Under the pieces are notes generated by a model. It was not told the origin of the DNA, ran no database searches, and saw only the letters and a program-made list of their open reading frames with translations. The translations under genes and the position numbers were made by a program. A DNA stretch of 64,000 nt from Reclinomonas americana ATCC 50394 (lineage: Eukaryota), in assembly GCA_048213135.1 (NCBI GenBank), contig PS015120.1, positions 54,743 through 118,742 on the forward strand, given 5' to 3'. The first letter of the stretch is position 1, and every line of letters starts with the position of its first letter. Below are positions 10,511 through 23,283 of this stretch, piece after piece.

Positions 10511-13040
10511 TCAAAACCTAATGGCTCGCATGAGTTCGGGCTCGATCATCAGCTCATCCTCCTCATCCGCCACTCGCTGCTGCAAATCCTCAGTGGACAC
10601 AAAATGTCTCGAACCTCGCTTGACCACCATCCGCCGCGCAAGAACAGGCGACATGAGGCGCTCGCTCAGCTGCTGCTCCGACATTGTATTGACATTGATG
10701 TCTGTACAACTAGTGGGTGAGCGCGCTTATCACACAGGTCTCTCCAGTTCACCAACACACCGACAAAGTTGCGCTCGAGCAGAGGGCCGATGATGAATCC
10801 GAAAAACAGACTCATGTTTCTCGAGTCCACCAGGAATGCGTTGGGTGGCAGTGATGCGTCCAGGTGTGGATGCGGCCGCACGACAAGCAGACCGAACCAG
10901 AAGTTCTGCGCCACGTCACAAACCACTCTTCACAGATACAGATACACACGCATGTGTGCGACGAAACTGTACACGATCGCGCAACGCGCAATAACGTCTC
11001 TTTTTGCTCTTGCGGCATGTCTTTGAATCTCAGTGAAGAATTCTGGCGCACGAACCGTCGCAGCTCGTCCGCTGCTGCCAGCACATCGTCTTCACCCTCA
11101 AATCGAAGTCGTGGGAGTGATACGCGCGTTCCATCAATCAGTAGGCAAGGCTGCAAAGAGAACAGGAGAAACAACCCATCAGCAATCAGTTGCCACCGTC
11201 AATATGTGCGCGCGCGTCTGGCAAAAACGCACCAAAAACGCCTTCGCGTACTCTTTGATCAATATTTCGACACTCAGCAGGGTGGTCCATGTCCGCTTGA
11301 CTTGAAATGTCATGTATCCCTGTTGCAGGTAGGTGATGAGTGTAGCTGAATGCAAAACACATGCTCTCCGCACGCAACTGCCTCAGTGATGATCAACGAA
11401 TCCGCAGCACATGCCCTGTCTTGCGTCTGAAGAACGACTCGCTGAGGGATGTACATGTCGAGATCGACATCCTGTGTGTCATCGCGCAACAACCAGACGA
11501 TTGGATATCACAAAACACTCGCGAGAACAGATCAAGTCACGTACTGTGAGGTCAACGGTCATTCTTCGAACGCCCACAGCAGTGTCGGCGCCAATCTGGA
11601 AACAATCTTCGAAACGCCTTGATGTCGGCGATAGAATGGCACCCGATAGCACGTCACTGAGCTGCACATCACTGGAATCGGGATACGACAGCTTGACGGC
11701 GAGACCGCGTGCACACGCATCCTCAAAGTCACGATCTGTCCACTCGGCCGCTCGTAGGCTGAGAAGTTTGTCCTTGAAATTGGTCGCTCTCAACATCGAC
11801 AACGGGTATACTGGGTAATATACTTGTCGGCCCAACTGCGTGAGATCTGCGTGTCAGATACAGATACATCGGGTTCGTGTAACTACGCAAGCCATATCCA
11901 TACCAATTGTGCTTGGTGACATGCAACAAGGCCACCCGACACCGCATCACTGAACTTGATCTGCGTGTCTGCTTGCAACACTACGACTGCATCCAGCGTC
12001 ACCAGCGGACGTGCAGACAGCTCAAGCAGTCGCACGTCATTGAGATTAGTGACGCTGTAACCCACATTGCGAAGCTTGTTCTGCACCGCCTCCGCAAAAT
12101 CGCTGTTCTCATCCACAAAATCTGCATGCAGATATTCGAAGCGCGTACGTACGTGCAGGCATGCAAGTTGCGAGTGAGACCGTGCCAACAAGCGTGCGCG
12201 TGGAAGGTAGAATGTCCTCACCGCGTTCAGGATTGCAGCTGGCAACAACCAATAACAAAGCCTCAACACACCGCGGAAGACCGCCAACACCAGCCATGAC
12301 TCGACGAAGCGCGACACTTGTCCGCCACTTGTTGGCCCATGCTGGGTGCCTTTCTCGTACGGTGGCATCCACAAACTCATCGACATGCTCGCTCCGCAAC
12401 AGGGGAAGAGGAACCTCACAATAAGGATGACTCGATCGGCGAAAGATGTCTTCGAGCGTGGTCAACACCAGGGTGGAGCATGCCACAAGCACCGTGTCGT
12501 TAATGCCGGCGGGTGGCAGACAAAGAGATCCACCAAGCTGCACCATCACGCGATTGAGATCTCCTGCAATAACGAAGAGAGAACGGTCAGGAAACATGGC
12601 AATCTCTTCACGAAGTATCTGAGTCAAGATGCCTCACCACTTGCTTGTGCCACTTTCAGGCACTCATCCACGAGAATCAACACAACCAGGTCATCGTCCG
12701 GAGACATGTCTGAGGAGAAAATGGGATGAGATCATACGAGAGCACGAGCGCTAGCTGCAGGCTATAAACAATGAGCACACTTGCCTGATTGGTGGCGTGC
12801 GTCGCGGATCACCGCCCGGATGGCATCGTCAATGGGCACATCACCGTCGTCGACCAAGGACAACTTCCGGTACTCTTTGACCCACTGGACGAAGCGCACA
12901 GCGCCAAACCACGCGTGGAGAATGCGTAAACCAATACAAGGAACCTGAGAGGCCATCTCACTTGGCGTCAGCTCGTCACCACTGCCGAAGGTGATTGGAA
13001 TCTGCAGCGCATGAAGTCAGCAACAGATCGTCAAGTGGTT

Positions 13041-13082
<42 letters not shown>

Positions 13083-14155
13083 GTCACACGGCCACTATGC
13101 AGTGCATCGCGTAATCTCCGTAGCGGTGCCGCGGTTAACGGCGATCTGACAACCAGATACTCATCGATTCCATGTTCAAGCAACTCTCCCAGCTCGTCCA
13201 ACAGGCGAGACTTGCCAGTTCCAGGCCCACCTCCAACGACCACAAACGGATGCAAGTTGCGATCTTGAACCGCCTGCATTTCAATGTGCTTGGCAAGCAC
13301 TCGCAACACCTCGTGTGGAATACTTCGATACACGAGTGGCATGTGGGCACGAGTGAACTGTACAAACAGTGAGGCGAGCGTGCAAGCAGAGATTGCAGAC
13401 GCAGCAGCGCACCCGCTTGGGTGGGCGATTAAAACGGCGATCACTGGCGTCCCTGATCAGCGGGCGTTCTCGAGGCACTGCAGCTTGTTTCTCCATGCGA
13501 GAGATGATGGTGCCAATCTCGTCGACTGTGGTACGGAATAAGTGAGGAGGAGATTGAGTGTGCAAACAGCGGTCTGGCAACACTACCTCCTGTTCGTTGA
13601 CGCTTGCGATCGTCGTCGCCTTCAACATCAGGGGACGCTACTCGTTTGCCTGCAATGCTGCACGAATGTGTAAGCGAGAGTGGGAGTGGAAAGGGAGAGC
13701 AGATGAGTGCCGAAAACACACTCACCGATCGCGACGGCCTAGAGCTGCACTCCAAGATCCTGAGGCGCCAGCTGCAGAGCCGGCCTCGGCGGCAGCAGCA
13801 TTCTGTCATGCAAGTGTAATGAGATTGATTGTGTCAATCATTCAATGCACGCACGCACACACACACACACACACACACGAACCGCCTGCCAAACCGACAG
13901 CTGCTTCATCAAGCGGGCCACCTTCTGCTTCTTGGTCTCTCGTTTGACAACCAAGTTGGCCTTGAGGAGCAGCCAGTCGATTCCCCTCTCGGTGAGTCGC
14001 ACCTCCAACTCTTGTGCGTTCCACAACGCGGGATTCCACACAAACTCCAACGACCTTTCGTCCATAGATTCCTTCTTCCTGAGGTGCCGGGGTCCAAGCT
14101 CCCCCAGTGCACCGCCGAGTCGTGACGTGATGGACGCGATGTCGTCGATGTCCAT
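10511..14155 (-). CDS. Crinkler/RHS-type (CR) P-loop NTPase + PD-(D/E)XK-like nuclease + HhH protein, copy 1 (about 15 exons)
   Basis: The spliced model is open throughout: Walker A GGGPGTGKS, IPITF motif, Walker B VVLILVDE, GGLPR, DFED helix, ADS...FQVK nuclease-like motif, and a C-terminal INVNT.S.QQL...LARR...R..R.F.S.EDL HhH-like segment. Confidence 0.75.
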
Positions 14156-14400
14156 CGTGAACGTGATGTGATGCGTACAGTAACGGAAATAACGCATTTC
14201 ATCGTCTGTCGGATGAAGGCGTGTTTACAAAATAAAAAACTTCTATTCGATGAACTTATGCGCGCCACGCAGCGGGCATGAAAGTCAAACGCAACGATTG
14301 CTTTGGCGCGTGCAGACCCGTCTCGTTTGTCAACTCCTCCGCATCTCAATCGATCGCGCGCGACCACATCTTCTATCGCCCACAGCGCCGCTGCCATCGT

Positions 14401-14490
14401 CTTACGAGAGAAACGATCGTCGTCCTCGTCCTCGTCCTCGTCGACATCGTCGATTCGACTGCAGCATTGTAATCGCTGAAATTGGACGCA
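14401..14490 (-). pseudogene. Decayed fragment of the 5' part of the NELF-A-like gene, in the spacer between copies 1 and 2
   Basis: DNA is similar to about 10101-10195; it translates as RIDDVDEDEDEDDDRFSRK versus RVDDVDEDAGESEDDDRPSRK in the parent gene. Confidence 0.7.
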
Positions 14491-14602
14491 CTCGCGATGT
14501 TGCAATGTGGATGAACATCGCAGCGCGTCTCATTTATGATCACCACTGTCACGTAAGCGGTGTCACCGCAGTCACCTACATCGGTCACAAACGAACAGAA
14601 CG

Positions 14603-17188
14603 TCAAATGCGAATGGCTTGCATGAGGTCCGGCTCGATCATCAGCTCATCCTCCTCATCCGCCACTCGCTGAAGCAAGTCCTCAGTGGACACAAAATGTC
14701 TCGAACCACGCTTGACCACGATCCGCCGCGCAAGAACAGGCGACATGAGGCGCTCGCTCAGCTGCTGCTCCGACATTGTGTTGACATTGATGTCTGTACA
14801 ACGAGTGGGTAAGCGCGCTCGCCCATCAGAGAGATCTATCGAGTTCGCCAACTCACCGACAAAGTTGCGCTCGAGCAGAGGGCCAATGATGAATCCGAAA
14901 AACAGACTCATGTTTCTCGAGTCCACCAGGAATGCGTTGGGTGGCAGTGATGCGTCCAGGTGTGGATGCGGCCGCACGATAAGCAGACCAAACCAAAAGT
15001 TCTGCACAGCACGACACGCCAGGCACAAGTCACAAACCACTCTTCACAGATAGATACAGACACACACGCATGCAAGCGACGAAACTGTACACGATCGCGC
15101 AACGCGCAATAACGTCTCTTTCTGCTCTTGCGGCATGTCTTTGAATCTCAGTGAAGAATTCTGGCGTACGAACCGTCGCAGCTCGTCCGCTGCTGCCAGC
15201 ACATCGACTTCACCCTCAAATCGAAGTCGTGGGAGTGAAACGTGCGTTCCATCGATCAGTAGGCAAGGCTGCAAAGAGAAAAAAACACAAGCCCGTCAGC
15301 AACCAGTTGCCACCGTCGACATGCGTACGTGCGCGTCTGGCGAAAACGCACCAAAAACGCCTTCGCGTACTCGTCCAACATTGTTTCGACACTCAACACT
15401 TTGGACCATACCCGCTTCACTTGAAACGTCATGTATCCCTGTTGCGGAGGGGTGACGAAAGTGAGACAACTTGCGCAGCGGCAACGCCAAAACACATGCT
15501 CTCCACACGCAGCTGCCTCTGTGATGATCAACGAATCCGCAGCACATGCCCTGTCTCGCGTCTGAAGAACGACTCGCTGAGGGATTTCAAGATCGATATC
15601 CTGCGTGTCGCAGCAGTGCAACAACCAGGCGATTGGATATCACAAAACACTCGCGAGAACAGATCAAGTCACGTACTGTGAGGTCAACGGTCATTTTTCG
15701 AACACCCACAGCAGTGTCGGCGCCAATCTGGAAACAATCTTCGAAACGCCTTGATGTCGGCGATAGAATGGCACCCGATAGCACGTCACTGAGCTGCACA
15801 TCACTGGAATCGGGATACGACAGCTTGACGGCGAGACCGCGTGCACACGCATCCTCAAAGTCACGATCTGTCCACTCGGCCGCTCGTAGGCTGAGAAGTT
15901 TGTCCTTGAAATTGGTCGCTCTCAACATCGACAACGGGTATACTGGGTAATATACTTGTCGGCCCAACTGCGTGAGATCTGCGTGTCAGATACAGATACA
16001 TCGGGTTCGTGTAACTACGCAAGCCATCTCCAAACCAATTGTGCTTGGTGATAAGCGGCAACGCCACTCGACACCGCATCACTGAACTTGGTCGTCGTTC
16101 CGGCCTGCAGCACTACGACTTCATCCAGCGTCAACAGCGGACGTGCAGACAGCTCAAGCAGTCGCACGTCATTGAGATTAGTGACGCTGTAACCCACACC
16201 GCGAAGCTTGTTCCGCACCGCCTCCGCAAAATCGCTGTTCTCATCCACGAAATCTGCATGCAGATATTCGAAGCGCGTACGTACGTGCATGCATGCAAGT
16301 TGCGAGTGAGACCGTGCCAACAAGCGTGCGTGTGGAAGGTAGAATGTCCTCACCGCGTTCAGGATCGCAGCTGGCAACAAGTGATATCAAAGCCTCGGCA
16401 CACCGCGGAAGACCGCCAACACCAGCCATGACTCGACGAAGTGCGACACTTGTCCGCCACTTGTTGGCCCACGCGGGGTGCGTTTCTCGTACGGTGGCAT
16501 CCACAAACTCATCGACATGCTCGCTCCGCAACAGGGGAAGAGGAACTTCACAGTAAGGATAACTCGACTGGCGAAAGATGTCTTCGAGCGTGGTCAACAC
16601 CAGGGCGGAGCATGCCACTAATACCGTGTCGTTGATGCCGGCGGGTGGCAAACATAGTGATCCGCCAAGCTGCACCATCATGCGATTGAGATCTCCTGCA
16701 ACGGTGAAGAGGGAACGGTCAGCAAACACGGCAATCTTTTGGAAAAATGTCTGAGTCATGATGCCCCTCACCACTTGCTTGTGCCACTTTCAGGCACTCA
16801 TCCACGAGAATCAACACAACCAGGTCATCGTCCGGATCCATGTCTGAGGAGAAAATGGGGTGAGATCATACGAGAGCACGAGCGCTAGCTGCAGGCTATA
16901 AACAATGAGCACACTTGCCTGACTGGCGACGTGCGTCGCGAATCACAGCCCGGATGGCATCGTCAATGGGCACATCACCGTCGTCGACCAAGGACAACTT
17001 CCGGTACTCTTTGACCCACTTCATGAAGCGCACAGCGCCAAACCACGCGTGGAGAATGCGCAGACCAATGCAAGGAGTGTGAGAGGCCAACTCTGTTGGC
17101 GTCAGCTCGTTACCACTGTTGAAGGTGATCGGAATCTGCAGCGCGCGCATGAAGTCAGCAACAGATCGTCAAGTGGTTCTCACACACG

Positions 17189-17286
<98 letters not shown>

Positions 17287-18376
17287 GTCACACGGCCACT
17301 ATGCAGTGTGTCGCGCAATTTCCGAAATGGTGCCGCGACTGATCCGCTTGCCAGAAGATACTCATCGATTTCATGTTGAAGCAGCTCTCCCAGCTCGTCC
17401 AGTAAGCGAGATTTGCCGGTGCCAGGTCCACCTCCGACGACGACAAACGGATGCAAGTTGCGATTTTCTTCCCCGGCCGTCTGCATTTCAATGTGCGTGG
17501 CAAGCACTCGCAACACCTCGTGTGGAATACTTCGATACACGAGTGGCATGTCGGCACGAGTGAACTGTACAAACAGTGAGGCGAGCGTACAAGCGGAACA
17601 CAAGACGCAGCAGCTCACCCGCTTGGGTGGGCGATTAAAACGGCGATCACTGGCGTCCCTGATCAGCGGACGTTCGAGAGGTGCTAATGCTTGTTTCTCC
17701 ATGCGAGAGATGATGGTGCCAATCTCGTCGACTGTGGTACGGAATAAGTGAGGAGGAGCTTGAGTGTGCAAACAGCGGTCTGGCAGCACTACCTCCTGTT
17801 CGTTGACGCTTGCGATCATCGTCGCCTTCAAGATCAGGGGAAGCTTCTCGTTTGCCTAGGCCTGCAATGCTGCACGAACGTGTAAGCGAGAGTGGGAGTG
17901 GAAAGTGGAGAGCAGATGAGTGCCGAATGTACACTCGCCGATGGCCTTCAGCTGGATTCCCAGAACCTGAGGCGCCAGCTGCAGAGCCGGCCTCGGCGGC
18001 AGCAGCAGCATTCTGTCATGCACGTGTAATGAGATTGATTGTGTCAATCATTCAATGCACGCACGCACGCACGCACGCACATACACACACGAACCACCTG
18101 CCAAACCGACAGCTGCTTCATCAAGCGGACCACCTTCTGCTTCTTGGTCTCCGATTTCTTGACACTCAAGTTGGCCTTGAGGAGCAGCCAGTCGATTCCT
18201 CTCTCGGTGAGTCGCTCCTCCAACTCTTTTGCGTTCCACAACGCGGGATTCCACACGAACTCCAACGACTGTTCATCCATTGCCTGCTTCTTCTTCAGCT
18301 TGAAGTGCTCGGGCCCAAGCTCGTTTAGCGAGCGACGAAGATGTGTCGTGATGGACGCGATGTCGTCGGCGTCCAT
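14603..18376 (-). CDS. CR-type NTPase-nuclease-HhH protein, copy 2
   Basis: Colinear paralog of copy 1 with the same motifs and intron positions; ATG at 18376 (MDADDIASIT), stop at 14603. Confidence 0.75.
17193..17285. repeat. (CA)n microsatellite in an intron of copy 2; shorter in the matching introns of copies 1 and 3
   Basis: Seen directly in the sequence. Confidence 0.95.
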
Positions 18377-18487
18377 CGTGAACGTGACGTGATACGTACA
18401 GTAACGGGAATAACGCATTCATCGTCTGTCTGATGAAGGAGTGCGTGTTTACAAAAACATATGCGCGCCACGCAGCAGGCATGAAAG

Positions 18488-21400
18488 TCAAAACCTAATG
18501 GCTCGAATGAGGTCCGGCTCGATCATCAGCTCATCCTCTTCATCCGCCACTCGCTGCTGCAAGTCCTCAGCGGAAACAAAATGTCTCGAACCTCGCTCGT
18601 ACACTATCCGTCGAGCAAGAACAGGCGACATGAGGCGCTCGCTCAGCTGCTGCTCCGACATTGTGTTGACATTGATGTCTGCACGACGAGTGGGTAAGCG
18701 CGCTCGCCCATCAGAGTGGTCTCTCGAAGACGCCAACACACCGACAAAGTTGCGCTCGAGCAGAGGGCCGATGATGAATCCAAAAAACAGGCTCATGTTC
18801 CTCGAGTCCACCAGGAATGCGTTGGGTGGCAGTGATGCGTCCAGGTGCGGATGCGGCCGCACGACAAGCAGACCAAACCAAAAGTTCTGCACAGCACGAT
18901 ACGCCAGGCACAAGTCACAAACCACTCTTCACAGATACAGATACACACGCATGTGTGCGACGAAACTGTACACGATCGCGCAACGCGCAATAACGTCTCT
19001 TTTTGCTCTTGCGGCATGTCTTTGAATCTCAGTGGAAAATTCCGGCGCACGAACCGTCGCAGCTCGTCCGCTGCTGCCAGCACATCGTCTTCACCCTCAA
19101 ATCGAAGTCGTGGGAGTGAAACGCGCGTTCCATCGATCAGCAGGCATGACTGCAAAGAGAATAACAAACAAGCTCATCAGCAATGAGTTATCACACTCGA
19201 CATGTGCGCGCGCGTCTGGCGAAAACGCACCAAAAACGCCTTCGCGTATTCGTTCAACATTGTCTCGACACTCAGCAGCTTGGTCCATGTCCGCTTGACT
19301 CGAAACGTCATGTATCCCTGTTGCAGGTGAGTGATGAGTGTGGCTGAATGCAAAACACATGCTCTCCGCACGCAACTGCTTCAGTGATGAGCAACGAATC
19401 TGCAGCACACGTCCTGTCGACGTCTCGCGTCTGAAGAACGACTCGCTGAGGGATTTCAAGATCGATATCCTGCGTGTCGCAGCAGTGCAACAATTGCAAC
19501 CAGGCGATTGGATACCACAAAACACTCGCGAGAACAGATCAAGTCACGTACTGTGAGGCCAATGGTCATTTTTCGAACGCCCACAGCAGTGTCGGCGCCG
19601 ATCTGGAAACAATCTTCGAAACGCCTTGATGTCGGCGATAGAATGGCACCCGATAACACGTCACTCAGCTGCACATTGCTGGAAGCGGGATACGACAGCT
19701 TGACGGCCAGACCACAGGCACACGCATCCTCAAAGTCACGATCTGTCCACTTGGCCGCTCGAAGGCTGAGAAGATTGTCTTCGGCATCATCCGCTGCCGT
19801 CAACATCAACAACGGATACGTTGGGAAGTATACTCGTTGGCCCGACTGCATGAGATTTGTGTGTTAGTTACGTTGGACTCGTGTAACGACGCAAGCCATC
19901 GCCAAACCAATTCTGCTTCGTGATAGGCAATAAGGCCACACGACACTGCATCACTGAACTTGGTCGTCGTGCCTGCTTGCAGCACTACGCTTGCACCAAG
20001 CGCCAATAGCGGGCGTGTAGACAGCTCAAGCAGTCGCACGTCATCGAGACTGGTGAGGCTATAGCCCACGCTGCGGAGCAGCATATTTCGCACCAGCGGT
20101 GCAAAACTTCTGTTTTCATTGACGAAATCTGCTTGCAGATATTCGAAGTGCACACGTGCGTGCAGGCATGGAAGTCGTGAGTGACGAAACTATGCAGACA
20201 AGCGTGCGTGTGGAAGGTAGCATGTCCTCACCGCGTTCAGGATTGCAGCTGGCAACAACCGATAACAAAGCCTCGGCACACCGCGGAAGACCGCCAACAC
20301 CGGCCATGACTCGACGAAGCGCGACACATGTCTGCCACTTGTTGGCCCACGATGGGTGCGTTTCACGTATGGTGGCATCCACAAACTCATCGACATGCTC
20401 GCTCCGCAACAGGGGAAGAGGAACCTCACAGTAAGGATGACTCGACTGGCGAAAGATGTCTCCGGACCCGAGCGTGGTCAGCACCTGGGCGGAGCATGCC
20501 ACAAGCACCATGTCATGGATGCCGGCGGGTGGTGAGCATAGTGATCCGCCAAGCTGCGCCATCATGCTATTGAGATCTCCTGTAGCGGTGAAGAGGAAAC
20601 GGTCAGAAAACATGGCAATCTTTTCACAAGTGTTGGAATCAAGATGCCTCCTCACCACGAGCTTGCACCACTTTCAGGCACTCATCCACGAGAATCAACA
20701 CAACCAGGTCATCGTCCGGAGACATGCCTGAAGCAAAGTGGGATGAGATCAGCTGCAGGCTACAAAACAGTAAGCACACTTGCCTGATTGGCGACGCGCG
20801 TCGCGGATCACCGCCCGGATGGCGTCGTCAACAGGCACATCACCGTCACCGACCAAGGACAATTGCAACTTTCGGTACTCTTTGACCCACTCAGCAAAGC
20901 GCACAGCGCCAAACCACGAGTGGAGGATGCGCAGGCCGATGCAAGGAATGTGAGAGGCCAACTCTCTTGGCGTCAGCTCGTCACCACTGTTGAAGGTGAT
21001 GGGGATCTGCAGTGCATGATCATGAAGTCAGCAACAGAATGAAAAGTATGTTTTACACACGCACACACACACGCACACGCACCGTCACTCGGCCACTGTG
21101 TAGTGCGTTGCGCAATTTCCGAAACGGTGCCGCGGCACGCAGCGATCCTCTTGCAAGTAGAAACTCATCGATTTCATGTTCAAGCAGCTCTCCCAGCTCG
21201 TCCAGCAAGCGAGACTTGCCAGTACCTGGTCCACCTTCGACGACGACAAACGGATGCAAGTTGCGATCTTGTACCGCCTGCATTTCAATGTGCTTTGCAA
21301 GCATTGACAGCACATCGGGTGGAATGCGTCGATGCACGAGTGGCATGTCGGCACGGGTAAACTATGCAAACAGTGAGTCGTGCGTCCAAGCAGAGATTGC

Positions 21401-21867
21401 AGACGTGACAGCGCACCTGCTTGGGTGGATCATTGAGACGACGAGATCTGGCGCCCCTGATCAGCGGACGCTCTAGAGGTGCTAACGCTTGTCTCTCCAT
21501 GCGAGAAATGATGGTGCCAATCTCGTCGACTGTGGTACGGAATAATTAGTGAGGAGGAGGTTGAGTGTGCAAACGGCGGTCTCGCAACGCTACCTCCCGT
21601 TCGTTGACGCTTGTGATCGTTGTCGTCATCAAGATCAGCGGAGGCCTCTCGTTTGCCTGCGACACTGCATGATCATGATTATGTAAGGTGCACGTGAAAG
21701 TGGTGGGGGTGCAGAAAACACACTCACCGATCGCGACGGCCTTGAACTGGATCCCCAGATCCTGAGGCGCCAGCCGCAGAGCCGGCCTCGCGATCGGAGG
21801 CAGCAGCATTCTGTCGTGATCATGCAAGTGTGATGAGATTGTACATGTGACAATCGATCAATGCACG

Positions 21868-21924
<57 letters not shown>

Positions 21925-22183
21925 CGCCCGCCACGCCGACTGCTGGTCCATCAACCGGGTCACCTTCTGCTTCTTGGTCTCTTGTATGACAATCAAGTTG
22001 GCCTTGCGGAGCAGCAAGTCGAGTCCCCTCTCGGTGAGTCGCTCCAACTCTTTAGCGCCCCACAACGCGGGGTTCCGCACAAGCTCCAACGCCATTTTAT
22101 CCATGACCCTCTTCTTTGAAGTGCCTTTGCTCGCTCTCCTCACTTTACAGAAGAAATGCGAGCACTCCCGCTCGCAAGAAACT
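18488..22183 (-). CDS. CR-type NTPase-nuclease-HhH protein, copy 3; start at 22104 or inside the gap
   Basis: Colinear paralog with Walker A EGGPGTGKS and the same Walker B, GGLPR, ADS...FRVK and HhH-like segments. The exons I checked stay in frame. Confidence 0.7.
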
Positions 22184-23017
22184 NNNNNNNNNNNNNNNNN
22201 NNNNNNNNNNNNNNNNNNNNNNNNNNNNNNNNNNNNNNNNNNNNNNNNNNNNNNNNNNNNNNNNNNNNNNNNNNNNNNNNNNNNNNNNNNNNNNNNNNNN
22301 NNNNNNNNNNNNNNNNNNNNNNNNNNNNNNNNNNNNNNNNNNNNNNNNNNNNNNNNNNNNNNNNNNNNNNNNNNNNNNNNNNNNNNNNNNNNNNNNNNNN
22401 NNNNNNNNNNNNNNNNNNNNNNNNNNNNNNNNNNNNNNNNNNNNNNNNNNNNNNNNNNNNNNNNNNNNNNNNNNNNNNNNNNNNNNNNNNNNNNNNNNNN
22501 NNNNNNNNNNNNNNNNNNNNNNNNNNNNNNNNNNNNNNNNNNNNNNNNNNNNNNNNNNNNNNNNNNNNNNNNNNNNNNNNNNNNNNNNNNNNNNNNNNNN
22601 NNNNNNNNNNNNNNNNNNNNNNNNNNNNNNNNNNNNNNNNNNNNNNNNNNNNNNNNNNNNNNNNNNNNNNNNNNNNNNNNNNNNNNNNNNNNNNNNNNNN
22701 NNNNNNNNNNNNNNNNNNNNNNNNNNNNNNNNNNNNNNNNNNNNNNNNNNNNNNNNNNNNNNNNNNNNNNNNNNNNNNNNNNNNNNNNNNNNNNNNNNNN
22801 NNNNNNNNNNNNNNNNNNNNNNNNNNNNGACTCACCCACCAAAAAAGGCGCGAGCGAGCGCTACAACTACTTCATCTTTCGCGCGAGAGAACACACGCGC
22901 TCGCATCCTCTCTTCTCTCTCCTCGTCTCCGTCTCTCTCTTTCACACACTGCCAGAGTGCCAGAGTGAAGTGACACAGAGAGCGAACGAGCAAGCGAGCA
23001 CAGCGAGCATCACGCAT

Positions 23018-23249
23018 ATGTCGCACCGCCGACGACGCGGGAATGCCTCTTCGTCGACACACGCTCTTGCCTCCTCCCCGCCCTCTCTGATCGTGTCGCC
23101 CTCGTCACCACTCTCCTCGCCTTCGTCTCCCACCAGTGACGCAGACACACCGGCGAGTCCACCACCAATCACCTCACTCTTGCACTGTGTGCCGCACTGT
23201 GCGAGCGACGAAGTGGTGTTGCTGGAGCAGGTGAGAGTGTGAGCGATGT

Positions 23250-23283
<34 letters not shown>

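Noticed and set aside
13739-13741. TAG in copy 1 where copies 2 and 3 have AAG (nonsense mutation or stop-codon reassignment)
   Set aside because: It is in the wrong frame. Splice phases put this exon in the NAAAAEAGSAAGASG frame, which is open in all three copies.
12710-20783. GC-AG introns: AG|GCAAGT at 12784, 16918 and 20783; GCGAGT at 17938; GCTGCGT at 15513
   Set aside because: Plausible, but each has an in-phase GT alternative a short distance downstream, so GC use cannot be supported without RNA data.
10400-22183. Autonomous transposon boundaries around the CR-type array
   Set aside because: I saw no terminal inverted repeats, LTRs or target-site duplications, and the upstream end lies in a gap.
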